Below, one piece after another: positions 61,481-64,000 of a stretch of DNA of 64,000 bases (position 1 is its first letter; each line of letters starts with the position of its first letter). Made by a program: the position numbers and the translations under genes. Where the stretch lies: NCBI GenBank assembly GCA_028023455.1, contig JAQFVV010000006.1, forward strand, positions 310,001-374,000. The letters run 5' to 3'. The notes beneath the pieces are model-generated. The model saw only the letters and a list, made by a program, of their open reading frames with translations, ran no database searches and had not been told where the DNA came from. The stretch is from Epiperipatus broadwayi (lineage: Eukaryota; Animalia; Onychophora).

Positions 61481-62870
61481 ACTGCTTGGGTTAAGCATAA
61501 AGAATGGTGATTATGTGATGTTAGATGGTTTAAGTATCTATATAATTACGGCTGTTTTTTGTTTTTAAAACTCTTAAAAATTAACTTCATTTTTTAAAAT
61601 ATATATATGCATAAGCATTTACAACCAGAAGACTTCATCTAAGCTTTTTTTTACTCACTGCAAAATTTAATGAAAGATATAATTGTAAAAATTTTCTGTT
61701 TTTCATGAAAAGTATTTGTTTTTATGAAAACTAGACTATAATTAGCCTCCCCCAGTCCTGATCCATGTCATTTAATTCTAAGTATGAATATGCATATTGA
61801 AATTTTCCAATGGTTGTGAAGTATAAATAATATATATTTGCAATATATATGCCTAATAGATGTTTTAACATATATTTTCTTTTTATACACATACCTATGA
61901 TATAATTTTATATAAAAGTCATATATATTTAGCCATCAATAAAAATATTAAAAAAATAGATCGTATATATTTTTAACACATATGGTAACATATATTTTGA
62001 ACATATACATATTATTATAGAATTAACATTAAAATATCACTCTCACAAAAAAATAACAATTTTCTAGCCTTTTTTAAAATTCTTTTTGTGATGAAAATTA
62101 TTGATGAAATTGAAAAGATAAGTTGTACTTAATTCAAAAGTTCAAGTTACTTTTCTTGCCTGAAAACAATTACATCAGACATTTTCTTGTGACATTTTGT
62201 AATTACAACTCCTAGCGATTATTTTTTAAACTAAAAATTAAAATTTGGAAAATTAAAATTCTAACTTTTTTTTCTTTAATCATTTCCATCTTATTTTTTA
62301 ATTAATATTTTTTTTGTAATAATATCTGTTCTATCACAACTTACCTTTTATATTCTGTAAATATTAATTTAATACTGTAATAACAACAAAAAAAATATCT
62401 TATATGTCTAGTTTTCTTTTTTTTATGATGGCCCAGAGCTTTTATTTTTAAAAATAATTAAGGAGTTATATCCCATATCATTTCCAGACATATAAGATAT
62501 TTTTTGTTGTTATTGGTTTTTCTTACTGTCTTTACTATTAAATAATAATTCATTATAAAATAAATTATTGAATGATTGTTTCTCATGAATGCAGATTCAT
62601 GGTTACTTAAAGGAGAACAACATAAAGATTGTCAACTACTCTCACTTTTTCATTCCTAATTCTTTACCTCTAAACTCAGATTTCACAACATGGCTTCATT
62701 CATTTTCTTTATTTATCTATTTCATATTTATGCAGTTTACTTTATTTTTAGTTTTTTGCTTATGATGGTTGTTATTGTTGTTTTGTTTTTGTTTTTAGAT
62801 TTTTAATTTATATTATTTTTAATTTTGTTTTTCAAATACATAAATAAGTTCATTATTTATTTTACTAAAG

Positions 62871-63003
62871 GCTACCAAACCTGTACAGGAATATTTGAGA
62901 TTGCCATTTGATGAAAAGAGACAGCAACTCAAAATGGCCCAGTTTCTTCCTGGACCTTTATATGTTTTATTTGTTCAGGCTAATGCCTATCACGATGCTT
63001 GTG
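62871..63003 (+). CDS. THOC5: THO complex subunit 5, coding exon 8 (gene continues beyond window)
   Basis: taaag|GCT...TGT G|gtaagt, 133 nt: ATKPVQEYLRLPFDEKRQQLKMAQFLPGPLYVLFVQANAYHDAC; compare human ASLPVQEYLFMPFD...LPPPLYVLFVQATAYGQAC. Confidence 0.96.
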
Positions 63004-63088
63004 GTAAGTAATTATATGGTACTTCTTCTTTTTTTTGATATGTAAAATTATTTAGCATGTATATATAGATAGGTAAGGGCCTCAAGAA

Positions 63089-63406
63089 GATATCGAAAAT
63101 GCAATATATGGGTAAGAGAACAAACAGATCTTACTGCATCGTTGTCAGAATTAAAAGACTGAAGTGGAGTTGGGATGGCCATATTGTTAGAAGAGATGAT
63201 AACAGATGGACAATTGAAATCTTAAACAGGATTCCAAGAGATTGTAAAAGACCCAGAAGAAGACCACATGTGAGATGGATGGATGAAATAAGAAAGTGTG
63301 CAGGAGTGATGTGGAGAAGAGAGGCTAGAGATCGGAGAAGAAGGGATTGAACTTGGAGAGATCTTTATCCTGCAGTGGATAATGGTTGACAATGATGATG
63401 ATGTTG
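63089..63406 (+). mobile_element. Short RTE 3' copy, same family as 44194-45432
   Basis: IKRLKWSWDGHIVRRDDNRWTIEILNRIPRDCKRPRRRPHVRWMDEI; gatgatgatg tail; 14-bp TSD aagggcctca(a/t)gaa at 63075-63088 and 63407-63420. Confidence 0.9.
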
Positions 63407-64000
63407 AAGGGCCTCATGAAATAGGAATAAGCTATTGTTTATTATGGGTTTGAATCTAAGATTTCAATATTTTTCAGATTCCAATTAGATTTAAGATTTT
63501 TACTTCAGATAGTTGGTCCATAGTTGATCCAACTAACTATTTGTTAATTGCTCAAATTCTCAATATCTGGTAATTAATCATCATCTTTTTTGTTTTTGGT
63601 CTGTAAGAGACTGATAGGAATAGATAGATAGGAAAGAGGTATTACATGGATTCAGCAATCCTAAAACTAAATAACAGTTTCCTTACCAGTGGTAAAGATT
63701 GCAGTATATTAAAACCGTGTATTGTTTTTATTGTTTGTTCATCAGTATTAATCTGACGAATTCTGATTGGCCTGATCTTTTACATTGTAGATAAATATAA
63801 TTATATATCCTTTGGTTAACTGCAAGTTGCTTACGAACTGTTTATCTTAAAAAATTAAACCTTTTCTGAGAAAATTCTCAGCTCTAATCCAGGTATGAAC
63901 TGGATGTTAAACCAAACAGATTAATATACTACAATTACATCATGAAGTTATAGGTAGACTATTCATTTATTGATGTTTGAAATATGTATTTACTGAAGAA

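Overview
Very AT-rich eukaryotic (metazoan, probably arthropod; taxon is inference) genomic window. Two host genes sit head-to-head with only 326 bp between start codons: PI4KA on the minus strand (first two coding exons, 19657-19746 and 3032-3151) and THOC5 on the plus strand (first eight coding exons, 20073-63003). Both continue beyond the window. All exons were placed by hand from GT/AG sites, phase continuity and remembered similarity to the human and fly proteins. The large introns hold a 5'-inverted, 5'-LTR-less Ty3/Gypsy (K02A2.6-like) element, a full-length decayed hAT element with TIRs and an 8-bp TSD, hAT MITEs, several RTE and other LINE fragments, and a retroposed tRNA-Gly. Four things stand out beyond the annotation. 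(1) About two dozen minimal hammerhead-ribozyme-like motifs (CUGANGA-stem-GAAA-short stem III-UH) of several families, many in fold-back palindromes, one joined to a Penelope GIY-YIG remnant, and apparently biased antisense to the host genes. (2) A composite repeat joining a tRNA-like Pol III head to a hammerhead-like motif. (3) A ~50-nt AGCGCCATCT...AGATGGCGCT stem-loop module at the 5' truncation point of three differently truncated copies of one LINE family. (4) Twin-priming-like 5' inversions in an RTE and in the Gypsy element. No database searches or folding programs were run; element boundaries without a TSD are approximate.
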